From the NCBI GenBank assembly GCA_951406725.2, contig OX597818.1:8556001-8620000 (forward strand): a stretch of DNA of 64,000 nt, given 5' to 3'. The notes under the pieces are model-generated. The model searched no databases. It was not told where the DNA came from and worked only from the letters and a program-made list of their open reading frames with translations. The translations under genes and the position numbers were made by a program. Within the stretch, counting starts at the first letter, position 1; the number at the start of each line of letters is the position of its first letter. Positions 12,715 to 27,295 of this stretch are shown piece by piece. The stretch is from Octopus vulgaris (Eukaryota).

Positions 12715-13461
12715 AATATATATATATTTATATATACATCCACACACTCACACACACACACACACGTATATAAATATATACAGAGAGAGAATGGGGGATG
12801 GTGAGAGAGATATCCTGTGTATGACTTTATATTACACCCGGCATGGGAACTTGGTTAAGCAGTTCAAGGATTTTGAGAAGTTTGGAACGTCTAAGCCACT
12901 ATTGTTTCCGTGTCTGAACCGGAATAGCAGCACTTGTTAGGATCTCACCTATGCGATGATTAGTTTTTCAGGGAATTGCTTCTGGAAAGAATTTCACTCA
13001 TAGACACTCCAGGGTTATTTAGGCATTTCACGTCCTTAGATATTCATCTAAGTAAAGGTAACTCTGTACAAATCCTACATCCTGATAACTTCTCGGAGCG
13101 TGGCAATTGTTGCAAAAAAACAACAAAAAAACAATACACGTTTGAAGGTAGAGAGTTGGTTTAGCACAAACGCTTCCCATATGTATTAATATTATTCGTT
13201 CAGTTTGTTAAGGAAACTAAGCACCAACACAATCAAAAATTGTTCAGAAATCCAGTGGGGGGTATGGAAAAGCGATGGGCATAGGTGTAGGAGGCTATGG
13301 GATGTCATAAGTCACTATTATGTCATAGTAATCTAGAGAGCTGGTGCAAATATGCATTTCGTATTATCTTAAGAACTTAAGAAAACATTGAACTACGATC
13401 CCTGTGCAGGTGTATAATGTCAAAATCTCATCCCTGGAAGTGGCAAAGCAGTTAAAAATAC

Positions 13462-13521
<60 letters not shown>

Positions 13522-13689
13522 AACGAATTTTGCAAGATTCTTGATGTGAAATCGTGTGTTGAAACAGATGCATTTCGGGATAGTCATTTTCTTCATTATT
13601 TTTTGGGTCAAATAAACACAGGTACAGTGATGATATTTTTTCTTCATTCGTTTTTTATTGTTATTTCATTATCTTAACACCTGTCCATT

Positions 13690-13734
13690 GTTCAGAAATC
13701 TTTCGTCACACAGCTGTGACCTCTTCAGCCACAC
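13690..13734 (-). ncRNA. Hammerhead ribozyme core with degenerate helix I
   Basis: Minus strand: CUGAAGA-g-GUCACA-gcug-UGUGAC-GAAA-gau-UUC. Perfect 6-bp helix II, helix III AGAUUU is near-palindromic, helix I is poorly paired. Confidence 0.45.
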
Positions 13735-13746
13735 TTTTCTGATATA

Positions 13747-13957
13747 TCTATATAAATATATCTACCACGCATCTGTAATAAATGTAAGACAAATATAGAT
13801 GGTATAAATAAAACTGTATAAAGGGAATGGATACATACGAAGCGAACCCATACACACACACACATGAAACCTCATGGATGGCCATAAGATATCAAGAACA
13901 CAACTAACACGGTCAGAAAACAACGGCGGTTCCGCCGCAGGCAATAGCAACAACTAG
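13747..13957 (+). mobile_element. Short non-autonomous Helitron-like element
   Basis: Starts A|TCTATATAAA and ends with the GC hairpin CGGCGG-TT-CCGCCG followed by CTAG|T. No TSD, consistent with insertion between A and T. Confidence 0.55.
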
Positions 13958-14172
13958 TAGTTATTGCTATTGCCCTCGGCGGAACCAAGTTAGCAACACT
14001 GTCGACGGACACACATACACAGAGGAATTACAGGAACTGTACCCCTTTCTCTCGGGTCTTAGGACAGTAGAAGCAAAATGGATTGAGAGATTGGAGCGGA
14101 GGGAGGGCCACGCTGCTGCTACAAACTAAAGCACACGCAGAAACATACACACATACACAGCCACGCTAACAC

Positions 14173-14220
<48 letters not shown>

Positions 14221-14375
14221 GGACACTAACGCATGCGCATGTGAGGATACACATCTTAGAAGAACAGAATGGAGTAAGTGGAGCAAGAAGACACTCGGAA
14301 ACAAAAATGTGTCGCTCAACAGGTCAGTTGGGAAAGATCAAATAACAATAATAAACGAATGAAGAAAAAAAAAAA

Positions 14376-14423
<48 letters not shown>

Positions 14424-16510
14424 TGTGCGTGTGTTTATATTGCAAAATGATAAAATAATAAATAAAATGATCATCCTAAAATACAACAATATATATATAT
14501 ATATACATAAACATACAGACACACACACACACATATACATACATACATACAAACATACATATGTTGTATCTGTGCATTTGAATGTATATATGTCGTATAT
14601 ACAAATCAACCCCACCGCAACCCGAGTCATTTTTCCCCATTACCTTTTGGGGTTTAAACGTATTTTATCAATGGAAAGTTGACTATGTTCAAGGATTTTT
14701 GAAGAATTGTAAAACCCAGTACTGAAAACTTTTCGGCTGACCAGCCTTCTGAAGTCACAAAGGTATTGAATACTTTTAGATGTGTATATAAGACACACTG
14801 ATGACTATCGAATGTGAACAAACACGTGAGAGTGAAACAAATCACTGTCAGCACAAGATACATAGATGCGCGCACATACACGTACACACACAGGCGCGAA
14901 CGCACGCACACACATAGACACGCACACACACATAGACACACACAGACATAGAAACACACACATATAAACACCGAAACACATACATAGGCACACACACACA
15001 TAAACACCCCAAACACAGACATAGGCACACACACACATAGACACACAAACACAGATATAGAGACACACACACATGCACACATATATTCAATAATGCTCGA
15101 ATGAGAAGAACCGATGTAAATTGAAATAAAATGCATAGCTCTAAAATATACACATGTGGATATGTGTATATTCCTACACTAACTTTTAGGAGACTTATTC
15201 GTAATTGGACGTGGACTTAAGATTATGTGTATGATGGGGAAAACCAGAGAAATATCTCTAATATGGCATTTCTAATTCTGACACCGTTATTGAAAGTCTG
15301 ATGGCTTGATATGATCAATTGAAACCAACCAGAAAAATGGAATAATCTTCCAAAACTAATTCAATTACATTATATGTGAATGTGTTTTTGTATAAGGTTG
15401 CGTATTAATGTTCATAGTTATGACCATCTACCTACCAACTACACACACTCATATTTATGCGCGTGTATGTATGAAGAACTACACGTGTGTGTCTGTCATT
15501 CTGATTTTGTATTGTTTTAGTTTTATTCTCTGTATATTTGATATTATCAATTAAGATTTGATTAATATTTGTTGGGGAATAAATACATAAATAAATATAT
15601 AAATATACCTCGAAAGCCCCCCCAAACAATGTTAGGACAATATCATCAACAGATGATGAACAGAAATCTAACAACAATACAAATATGAACAATAAAACAT
15701 TAATAACTACTTGTCATAATAGAAGCAGTCTAAGTTTAAGACATTAATTATTTAGTTGATGTCTCAAAAAAATATTTATTACTAAATGCCAATATATAAT
15801 ATATTACTATCTTGAATATATTTCGGACATTCAGAATTAAATTGAAGTTATTATCATTTTTCCCTTTTTTATTATTTGAAAATCTAATAACGATTCTTAC
15901 AAATTCAGAATAAATTTTCACGTATTTGTATTTTTGTTATTTCTTTGCTTTTTCTAATGTTCTTTTCCCGTTCATTTGTGTTGTTTCGATTTCCTTTCGA
16001 ATTCATTTGGACAAGTAAATACTTCCAATTTCCTTAATTGTTAAAAATTGACATATTAATGTTATTATTCTTATTGTTCTTATTATCACACTTACTTTTG
16101 GATTATGTCAGCGATATCCTACTGTTACATATGAAGTCATTTATTTCGTCACAAGCTATATTGGGGACATTTCAGTATTTATTATTGCTATCAGTAATAT
16201 TTGGATTGAATATAAGTATAGTTGCATGTTCCTTACGATTACAGCAATTTACAAAGGAGAGATTACTTAATACTATGTTTTTCTCTTTATTAAAATGAAT
16301 TTTAACATCTTTGAAAATGACAAACAAAAATGGTAGAAGTGTGTGAGGCCGATAAATATAATGGGATATATATGTCAGAAGAGATTCACTGTCAATTGGT
16401 GGGTTGTATACGATTTTCAAACGGTTAACTGCTGTTCATGAGATGTACATACATATATGAAAATATACATATACACATGTACATTGTATGTATGAGCATG
16501 TGTGTGCGTG

Positions 16511-16548
<38 letters not shown>

Positions 16549-17099
16549 TAGAACGAAGTCAACGGCACAAAATATTTCAAGCCTGTAACGGGAAGTGGCT
16601 GAAGATTTTGACTTGGAATAAATGCAAATATTTTTCGTTGACTTTCAAATAAAATTATTTTCATCTGTTATTAACGTGAATGTGATGCCTAAACTCGCAG
16701 TAGAACAATTTACTTTTATTGTGTATAATTATCCATTAATTATGCAATTTCCTGAAGCATATGTCTCCTCTAGATATATTTTCACGTATGAATTACAATA
16801 TATAGTAAAACAATTTGGTAATGCACAGAAGCCTCCATCCCATTTAAGTACCGCTTCTTTCCGAGAACCCTAAGCCACATAGCAGATGCCACTGTACATT
16901 GAGGCCAAACAACAACGGAACTGAGACCGTCACCGACCCCAGTGGCGAGAGCTGTCATTTATTGGTTATCAAATATATGGAAAGATTTTGAGTTATCTGA
17001 ATTGATTGCATGCCTATGTTCGTAACGTGATATATTTCAGTATCATAAATTCGACTACTGAAGACTGTCGACACATTTTACTGAAACTTTGGTCGAAAT

Positions 17100-18300
17100 T
17101 ATGAAAACTTTGTTTAACGGAGTAAGGGGCTGAATCTTACCAATGTGGCATCTCATGTTTGGGTACTCTCAAACCAGCGCTTCTGCTCTTTGACACTCAG
17201 AACAGAAAACTATCTTGTTGTGCTGGCAGTTGTAGACATTTCAACAATGTTTCCAAATGATTTGGGATACAAATACGGAGTGATTTTTGCTTATTCTGCA
17301 GCCAGCCATCACTCGTCCTTTTTCTATCAATGATATCGGCTTCTCGCAAGGCTAAATTCATCTAATCTGTAGTCATGTAAGATCTTCAAGATGGGCACTA
17401 ATATTCATCATGCGTCTGCTGCTCGTGCCCTTTAACCGGATTTTGTCCCCAGGTATCTTAGAGCACGTGCTTTAAAACTGACAATGCAACATTCGTGCTT
17501 TCCCGAAAACCATGGTCGAGAGCATTGTATGTTAACCTTCTTGTTTCTCCTAAGCATCTAATCTAGATTTCCAACTACATCACATTTTATTCTAGTTTTC
17601 GCTGTCGGTGCAACCTTACTAAACCTTGTCGATTCTAATCCAATCGCTGTTGTCAGATCGAAACTCCATTCTCTTTTGCCGATAGCCTACATCAATTGCG
17701 GACAACTAATGATACACATCTCAACAGGCCTGCAAAATACTTGTCATTTCACGATCAATATGTCACGATGTCATTTGCCCATGTCCACATTGGTATGCTC
17801 AGGAAATCCGGTGGTTGCCTGTTAGAAGTGTTCAAAATATTTATAAGTTTTTTGGTGCTCTTGCAAGTCACTCTCATATGAACTATCCTTACAAAACCCA
17901 GGAAGTAATAATTACACAAAGAGTGGTACTCCACTATCTACTCATCGGGTCCCAAGACAGCATAGTTGGACGTTCCATGCGGGTCTGTTTCGTCATCCGG
18001 CGCTCACCTCGAGCAGATCAAGCTCACAGCCCTTCTTCGCCTGTAAGTTTTATTCCAGTAAGTCAATGTCATTTAGCGCTGCCAGAACAGACATTTCTGG
18101 AATTTATTTAGGCACCACAGCCCAAATATCAACTGGAACAAATGAACTTATTAGTATCAGATAAGGTCGTCGCCTTTTTTATGCCACTCTAGATCGCAAA
18201 TGTGAGACTTTCACCAACCCTAATGGCCATCTGGTAGAAAACTTCGAGCGCTTGAGGTCATTTCTTGAAACAGGACAACAACATACAGAGAAACGAGCTG
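17100..18300 (-). mobile_element. Highly degenerate APE/RT LINE relic (RTE-like)
   Basis: Only scattered motif-like fragments on the minus strand (EVFYQM, EHF). Many stops; boundaries approximate. Confidence 0.3.
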
Positions 18301-20315
18301 CAAGAGAAAGCACTTTCACAAACGATTGTACATACCTATGTATGCACATATATACCTGTGTGTGTGTGCGCGCGGCCCCGTGTGTGTTTGTGCATGCGTA
18401 TATGCGACTGTGTGTTTGTGTGAATACATTCATATACATGTATATACCTATATATTTTGTCTTCTAGCACAAAATCAGGATGGGAATATACTTTTCTGAA
18501 CTCCTGAAATTTTTTCATCAAAGAATAGTTTCCCTTGAGAAACATTTTTGCTTTCTTTTCATTTTCTTCATCTTCTCCATAAAAAAATTCAATTTGACAA
18601 GCCGTTAATAGCTAAAGTGAATTTTGGGATTGATTCCAAGCGCTGTATTAAGTTTCTCAGAGAAAAAGAACAAAATATGCTATGATATTTATAGTATTGA
18701 AGTACAGCGACTCACCTAATCACAGTATAATAGACTTTCAGAGTGACTGAAATAGTTTGAGAGACAAAATACTGATTCCAGACACTGGAAGTGATGTGCA
18801 AATACAGTTTTGTCATATTTTCTTCAAATTACGCAAATTTTATTTTTGGATTTTATTTATGATATTTTTTTAATGTTTATAGATTCACATATGATTACAC
18901 CTCTCAGTGCTATTGTGCAATAATTAAGTATAGAACTGTTGTAATCATTATATTTCAGGTTATTGTGCAAGTGTATTAATGTATGTTATTGTAATTTCTT
19001 ATTTAATTGCCTTCAACATGCCAACTTATGTCATGTAAATTCAGGCAGATCAATTGTCAAAGTTGTCCCAGCTGACATCATCCAATGATTTTGTATATTG
19101 AGAACTTTGTTTTCTTGAAAATACAATATTTCTCATGTATTTCCGTCTTTAAGATGATAAGTTGTAATTGAGAGAAATTTGATATGTACCTTTGACAGGC
19201 GAAAAGTCACAAATATATGACTTTGTTGGCTAAACTATAGTAAAGATCAAAAAGAGGTTAAAATTTCTTCAGCTATAGTTGCATAAATTTGATAACTTAA
19301 AGAGATGTTGACTATATTATTTTATTTTAATATGATTGCATTTTATTGCATAGATTCCCTGTGCTACTGTACTCAGATCTTTCTACGTTGATTATGTGCA
19401 ATGAATTTTTCAGGTTACAATGCTTTTTCTTCGTCGGTAAATAACATTATTTTAATAGCATATGATTCTTTGCCTGTTCTAGATTAACCCTACAGGGGAG
19501 AGCCTAATGCATTCGATCGTTTTCATGGTGCACATTGGGCAACGGAACTATCCTACGGACTATCTCTCTCCTCTCTCAAATACAGACTTGTACACTCAGA
19601 CACATTCATTTCCTATGCACTGATGATTTGCGAGTATATGACGAAAGGTTGGTATCATGTGCTGGTGAGTTACTACCGTTAGCTTTGTATAGGGAAAGCA
19701 AATTGCAACCACAAGGCTACGTCGTGCGATGCAGCATAGATCGAGCAGGTCAAAGATACAAACTGGATGGGACTCAGGTCCTTATAGATCAATCCAAAAT
19801 ACGGGGAAAGATTTAGTATGAATAGCTAGTAGCCGTTATAAACTCCAGTTTCGATTTATGTATCAAAGGGTGGAATAATATAAATATGCAGTAGCAGTAA
19901 CATCGGTTGGTGGTAAACCAAAACTAACACTTGCCTAAACCGTTTCTCTCATGCACGCAAACTATCAGGGTCGCCACCTATTCAGTGTGGTTTTAAAAAT
20001 GGGACAATTATTTGCAGACGGCAAGGAGTATCCCTCTGGAACTTCTACACATTAGATATATCTATATATTCGAACGATTGCACCGCCATTTTGTCAAGAA
20101 CGTAAGCATATTATGACGGTCGACAGCACTGTAGAATCGTCCAATGAAATAAGAGACTACACATTAGAAAAGACAATTCAGTTGGCTTCCTTTTCGTAAT
20201 TTAGAAAAAGAATACGCGGAACTACTATTCAATCGTCAGATCGAAAGATATGTGCAACTGCCTTAAGTTTTCTTCGAGCCAGATATTTAAATTGAGACCA
20301 AAAAAGCGTACGTCA

Positions 20316-20364
20316 GTACGATAGTCAGTAGCATGTACTACGTACGATAGTCAGTAGCATGTAC
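20316..20364. repeat. 23-bp direct repeat, 2 copies (GTACGATAGTCAGTAGCATGTAC)
   Basis: Exact copies at 20316-20338 and 20342-20364. Confidence 0.85.
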
Positions 20365-22499
20365 AAATAATACGGAAAGCGTATGCTCCTTGTAAGGTCG
20401 GGCAGAAAGAAAATTTCACATTCATGGAGTATTGTGATACCTAGTGACTGTCGTAAGAAACACACGATCAAGAAAAAAAAGACCAAATTAGATTGTATAT
20501 TCTTCATAATTTTGCCCAACATACACACTTTGTTACTCAAGAAGCCCATATGATGCCAACGTCGACGCCTGGGGCCTAGGGCCTAGGGTGATCGTCAGTA
20601 AGTAATAAGGCTAACACATCTGAAGGGATTTGTTAAGGATGCGGTTGCTGTTCGCTTGCTATGTTAATTCACATTTCAGCTATTTGAATGAGATTTTGTT
20701 CTCTCTAAAATAGGAACGTAGAACAACTAGTAGGCTGTGTGATTGAATATGGCTTAAAAGTGATTAGAATTATCAACGAAAGCATTTTGATTCGACAAGG
20801 TATCTTCTGGAGGATTTACTGTTCAGGTGATATGTACATCACAAGTCATGAATATTGGAAATACGCAATTGCAAAGTGTCCCGTTGTTGCACTGACGTCA
20901 TGACTTCTGTATTGTGAAGACAAGTAGCTTGATATTGAGTATGTTTCTAATTGTAACCTATATTTGTAATTGATATATCGGCTGCATGGTCAAAAAACTG
21001 ATTACAATAAAGTCAGGGAAACAAAAATGGTCTTCAAACCCCCAAAATCCTGTATAGTGCAGCAATTTATAATGATACATAAACCGTCAATAGCTTCATC
21101 TTCACCATCATCCTCGTCTTCGTCGTCATCAGCATCACCATCATCGTCATCATCATCGCCTTCATCGTCGCCATCGTCGTTGTCCTCGTCGTCATCATGG
21201 TCGTCTTTGTCGTGGTCGTGGTTATCATGGTTGTTGTTTTGTCGTCATTGTAATTCTCGCGTTACGTTTTGTCCCTTCTCGTGGTCATTATCATTATTAG
21301 GTAAATTATGTCAAGTTTACAGCCATCCTATCTGTGATGAACTAAATTCTTAAAAAGGAAAATTGTCTTTTCTCTATACCCTTATTTTTCCCACAGTAAC
21401 TCTCCTTTTACGCGATAAAACAGTACCTACAACGACCTAGTTACGTACATTTTGTTGTTTGTTGTGAATATGAATTTAACGAGCAACCAAGAATGTGTAC
21501 ACGTTATCGGTCGATCTCCACAAATCACAAGAGCACTTTCTAAAATTACACCCTACACTACATCACATAATGTATTTCAAGTTTATACACAAAAACAGGA
21601 GATATTCAATGGCTGGATTATTCAGATTAGAGATTGCTTGTTTGAATTGTTCTGTGCCTAAGCGGAAACATCTGTAAATTTAGCTAATTTAATTTCAATT
21701 TGTGTACAGTAGTTTCTCAAAAGCTTGCCCAAAGTTGAACCTATATATAAGGAAGTCTCCTTAATACAGTATGACCTTTATAGATTTTTCTTTTTCGATT
21801 TGGCTGGTTCTGAACAAAAATTCTCAAGCATCCACCGACTTGGACGTGTGGAACTCATACACAAAAGAAATTGTAATCAACTCCAAGTAAATATGGAACT
21901 TGGCCAGGTAACAAAGTGCCAATTCAACCGGGATACAATTTAATCTCATTGTTGAGAAATACATAAGAACCAAAGTGCTTTGCCAACTACAGCCAACCCT
22001 ATTTACAACGTCAGCCCTATTTACAAAGTATCGTAAGGAAAGGAAGTACAAAAGAGATAGGATATTTTGGGTTGCATTTTAATTCCACATTAGATCATAG
22101 TCATCGCTCAAATATTGTGAAGAATCTGAAAACTATATTTATCATGATCGTTAATGGCTTAGTTAGAAATAACTTGTCCATTTTATTCTTGTTAGTCTCA
22201 TGTTCTTCTTGTTATTGTTCTTGTTGCCGTAGCGGGTGTTCATGATAAGCTTCAAATCTCCTTTCAATGCAAGCTGTGTGTAAGCATTATAACTATTCGC
22301 TCAGCAAGATTTAACCACGATCACTTTATCCATTGTATGCACGTTTTAAGACAAATGAATGTGGTTTACGAGGAGTTTCGCTGGTATATCTATCAGTTTA
22401 AATGTTGTTAATGTTAATACGGTCATTATTTTTCCAGCCAATGTCAGCTACTTCGACAGTACTGCTGTTAATTAATGAATTACTAATAGCGAAGAAGAG

Positions 22500-23390
22500 T
22501 CAGTTTCATTCAGCAGCGAAAAGGAATCAATATCATTGAATCTATATATTGCCAGTATTTCTTCCGTTAGCATTATCCTTGAAGATATCTGATTGGTATT
22601 TCATTTGACTGCCTGTTTTGAACTTTACTTCTGCTATGTCACCAATGGAAACTTTGAGAGGGTTACGTTGAGGATTACCAGTCGAGCATCCGAAAGCACT
22701 CAGTGTTACGCTGTAACACTGATTACAACATTCTACCCGTTTAATCACTTTGCCTTACTTTTCTGAATACAAAATACTTAGTAAAAAATTCTGGAAACCT
22801 TTTGTTCGGTCACCTGAAAGCACTTTCCTTCGATGTGTGGTGGCTTCAATTTGTCAGATCTTTCATGAGATCTGTCGGAGCTAAATCATTATTTCAGTAA
22901 CAGGCATGACTGGTGTACATTCTTGGTGTGTTCATTATGTAATTGTTTGCAACATTACTTCGACATTCTCTCCACTATGGTGGTATGGGTGCCATGATAG
23001 TTTAATGAAATTATTATCGACGCTCTGTTCAGAGCTGTCCAGTATATGAAGAGCAAAAAAAAAAGCTACAGAGAATATTTACCGCACTGCTTTGTTTTCG
23101 CTTTGCCCAATCCCAGATTCGCCTTTTCACACACGTCTGTTATATATCCCCAGGTGGTTCTTATTCATATGATGCATTCTCTTATCAATTGTTCCAGTAG
23201 AATGAAATCACGTGATATGATAGCTCTGCCGGCCATGGTACACGATTCTCGTCTGCTACTATTTCTGTATGTGCTTTTAAGCACCAATTCCAATATGAGA
23301 CAGTCTTTCAGAGTATTAGGTGCTGTAATATCCATGTTAAGTTCCATACAAAGATTACGTTTTGCCAATAATGCTGCTTCAGTCACTAAT
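22500..23390 (-). mobile_element. Degenerate RTE-like reverse transcriptase relic
   Basis: [39 protein letters not shown] follows the RT order (GFR.GRS..D.IF.L.Q..EK...D..KAFD) across frameshifts. Confidence 0.45.
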
Positions 23391-23514
23391 GAATTATACA
23401 CACACACATATATGTATGTATATATATAAATGTATGTATATATATATATATAAATATATATATATTTATACATATATATATATGTATATATATATTTGTA
23501 TGTATATATATATG

Positions 23515-23545
<31 letters not shown>

Positions 23546-24074
23546 GGGGGTTCATACATTTATCTGTGCGTGAGATAGTGTGTGTGTGTTTGTGTTAGTG
23601 TGTGTGCATGCGTGTGGTGTGTGTGCAAATGTATTATGTATCAGCTTCTATTCAGGAACATATTCATATATACGCGTGTGTGTGTGTGTGTGTGTGTGTT
23701 GTGTTGTGTTGTACCATTAATCGCGTTTTCGTATTTCAAATCTCACAAAACCTATTGTATTATGTACAATACTGGGGCACATAACGCTGCTGGCGGCAAT
23801 TTGCCTTTCTGTCAAACGCAGGAACCTCTTCCATTTCACGGTTTAGAGGTTAGCATTAGAAAAACCAGCCAGCTGCAAATGCAATTCCTTCAACACATAA
23901 AAATTCTCATTATGTTAAGATGAAAATATTGATGTAAAACGTATACCATGCACATACGCACACTTACACAGACGTATAATCAGACGCACGCTCTTTCTCT
24001 CTCTATCTCTCACATTCTCACACATACATATATGCATGCAGGATAGATTGAAAGATAGGTAGACATATAGGATG

Positions 24075-24105
<31 letters not shown>

Positions 24106-24779
24106 GATAGATACACCCACCCACACACACGTACACGCACATATTTATATGTATATAATGGGACATAAATATATGTAAGTGTGTGTGCATGTAGATAGAG
24201 TTTGTAATAAATATGTCTCTATGTGCATGGATATATAAAATCACACTATATATTTGCACTAGAGATTCAAATTGATATGTCTAGTATATCTAGTTATAAT
24301 CCTATAAATAAAATATTCAATGCAAATAAAGTTTTCCAATTTACGCCTTTTCATGTGATGCAATTGCAAAATGCAAAATGCTCCATGTCAGCGGGATAAA
24401 AATGACATGCATATATATATTTTTTAAATTTTGTCTGTCTGAATTAAGGTTATGAAATATCAGAGGTGATTGGATGTTGTGCATTGCCAACTGAATCATT
24501 ATCATGATAATATGGAAGCAGAGAGTCTAGGTGCCGTTGTTTTGCACAAATCCGTACTTATTCTGTGAAATACCAATTCGACTAATATTAAAATTCATTG
24601 ATAACAATATAAAATTTCTAAAGTACAAATTAATACAGGAAGTATCTTGCGAATGGATATGGATTAAAATAGGAAAATAATACATAGATATGTAAGTGCT
24701 GCAACTGCAACTAGGTTGTTTATTGCACTCATTTAGCAGAGAATTAATAATTTCGAACAATTTTCCAAAGTATTTACGT

Positions 24780-25720
24780 TTGTACCCTGCCCCAGTTTTA
24801 TCAACTTTTGCTTTAATAGCAACTTGAAAAGTTCTTCCTGTGCAAGTTTATGCAGTGTTATACCCTCTGATTTTAGGTTTCCATCTGTGACCCAGCCCTA
24901 TTGTTCTTCCCTTCAAACATACTTTCTTATCCGAATTAACCATGAAATTCACTCTCTTTTTAAATTTCCATTTTTCCGGGATTGTTTGAATATTTTTCAC
25001 AGAAGACAATATTTTCGCCATGAAAAACATGTTTTTCTTTTGTAACCGCACGATATAGCCGTGCTGATTATATTTTGTGCCATGCACATTCTCATTATAT
25101 TACTCTTAAAATGTTGTCAGAAGACTGATGTTTCGTCTCACCACTATGGACCATTTCAGCAAAGTGGTGGAGTATATCAACACTAGCAAGGCCCATCTAT
25201 TGATTTCTTAATTCCATCCACTCCAGTTAGTTTTCTTTGGGGCATCTTTATTTTCTTTGTACATTTTGAACAATTTTCTCATCTTGAACTACACTTGAAC
25301 TACACTGATTATCTCTCAGTGACCTAATACGAACTTCTGAGGAGACTGATATTTCTTGCTGTTACATATGCCATGAACACTTTCATCTCTATCAGTGTTA
25401 ACACAAGTTATAACGGGACATTATGAGAACGGCAGCATCCGTAAGCTACTTTTAATGTTTTTGTCCCTTGTGTTTAACTAATCGGGACTGAATGATGTGC
25501 AGTGTCTCTTGTATACAGAATATTCAGTCTTACATCATTAATCTCATATTTTCTTCTTTTGTAAATTTGTTAGGATATTTTCATGGCGGCCTTGCTCACT
25601 GAGATGATAAGTACTTACAGATTCATTTCAACTTCAGTTTTGACAAACCACATATATGTTGCCACAAATCGATGGAATTGCGAGAGTTTCCTGCCACTGG
25701 CAATTTTTCTTTATTGATCA
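24780..25720 (-). mobile_element. Degenerate RTE-like LINE relic
   Basis: Weak RT and C-terminal motif remnants on the minus strand; many stops. Confidence 0.3.
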
Positions 25721-26759
25721 TAGGGCTCATTCATAATGTTGAATTTACAAATAGTGCTTCCAAAAACTTTTACAGCGAATATACAAGAGGAGTAACTATA
25801 TTATAAGCTTCATATAAATTAAAGAAAACACGTATAAATATATGATATAATTTCAAATCAAGAAGAAATTGAATAAAGTGGTAATGCAAGTGCATCCTAG
25901 CACGTTGATAGTCAGATACATCTGGAACCTAATATACTGGATTGGTCTCATTTTCACTTTTGCTGTCGAAATACCAAAACAATCTTGCCTTATAAGTAAC
26001 TGACTATCAGATTACCATAGACTACTAGGGCTGTTTTTAAATGAAATGAATTAATTAAAGAGATCGAGGCTTGTCCTTGGGCCCTGTATTACTAGTCATA
26101 AACTTTGCGTCTATATATCCACTTCTGTGCACAAATCCAATACCGTTTTGTGTATTTTGTTGTGATAATGAAGAAGTTCTTTCATAGTGAGTCGCTTGAA
26201 CGTTTCAAAAATTACGTAACTCATTGCAATCTGTCTACATAATAATGCGACAGTAACCTATATCAAGTGGACAGTGTGGTTTTTGTGATTTTTCACAGAG
26301 GCCTGTGAATTATATGTGAGGAGTGTTTGCGTATTAACAATGTATATCGTGCCTCACAATATTTTACGTGTGATATTAGAATGGTTTTTCCGCGCACCAG
26401 TAACAACAACGTCAAATTCTTACTTTGACGGTGTCTTCCAAAGCATACATGCATTTGTATACATATGCGCTTTGGTAGACTCTACTAGATGCGATTTTTA
26501 CCCAAATATGGGAGAAAGTCGTTTAGAAGCGTTTTTTTACTATATACTTCCATCACACCGATTATCTTACAAATATCCAAAGGTTACAGTCCGTTACTGT
26601 AAACTAAATTTGCAAAATATCTAGTCTTCTATTGAATGTACTGTGATTATAAAAAGATTTTTCGAACCTGTAGGTGCCTCTAATTGTTTTTGATGCTATT
26701 ACAGTTGTCTATATTACTAAAAATCTCGATGATAATGTAAACAACAATAATATTAATAA

Positions 26760-26962
26760 TCTTTCCTACTAAAGGCATAAGGCCTGGAATTTTGTGAGAG
26801 GGTCCGGTCGAATATATTGACTCCAGTCTTTCACTCGTACTTAATATATCGATCCCGGAAATGGATGAAGGCAAAGACTCAGTACTTAAAGATAGAGAAA
26901 AGCCGCTAAGCATTTTGCCCGGCGAGCTAAAATTTTGCTATAATATTAATAATGATAATAAC

Positions 26963-27037
<75 letters not shown>

Positions 27038-27295
27038 TAATAATAATAAGAAGAAGAAGAAGAAGAAGAAGAATTCTTTTTTTTTATTTTAGCACCGGAG
27101 CAGCAAATATTTGAGGGGTGGGGAAATCGATTACATCGATGACAATACGCAACTAGTACTTTATTTCACCAAACCTGAAATGGTGAATGAAACATTAGAC
27201 CTCTGCGCGACTTGAATTCGGCGCATAAAGTGCCAGATGAAATGCCATATTATATATTTGCTCAGTGCGCTAATGAGTCTGCCATCTTGCGGCTC
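26760..27295 (-). mobile_element. Two SINE copies (about 26760-26940 and 27075-27295) separated by a (TAA)n/(GAA)n array
   Basis: Reverse-complement similarity to the 12280 SINE (gctaagcattttgcccggcgagctaa; ctaatgagtctgccatct). Confidence 0.65.

Noticed and set aside
19966-20010. hAT-like terminus CAGGGTCGCCA...AAAAATGGGACA
   Set aside because: No matching opposite end or 8-bp TSD found
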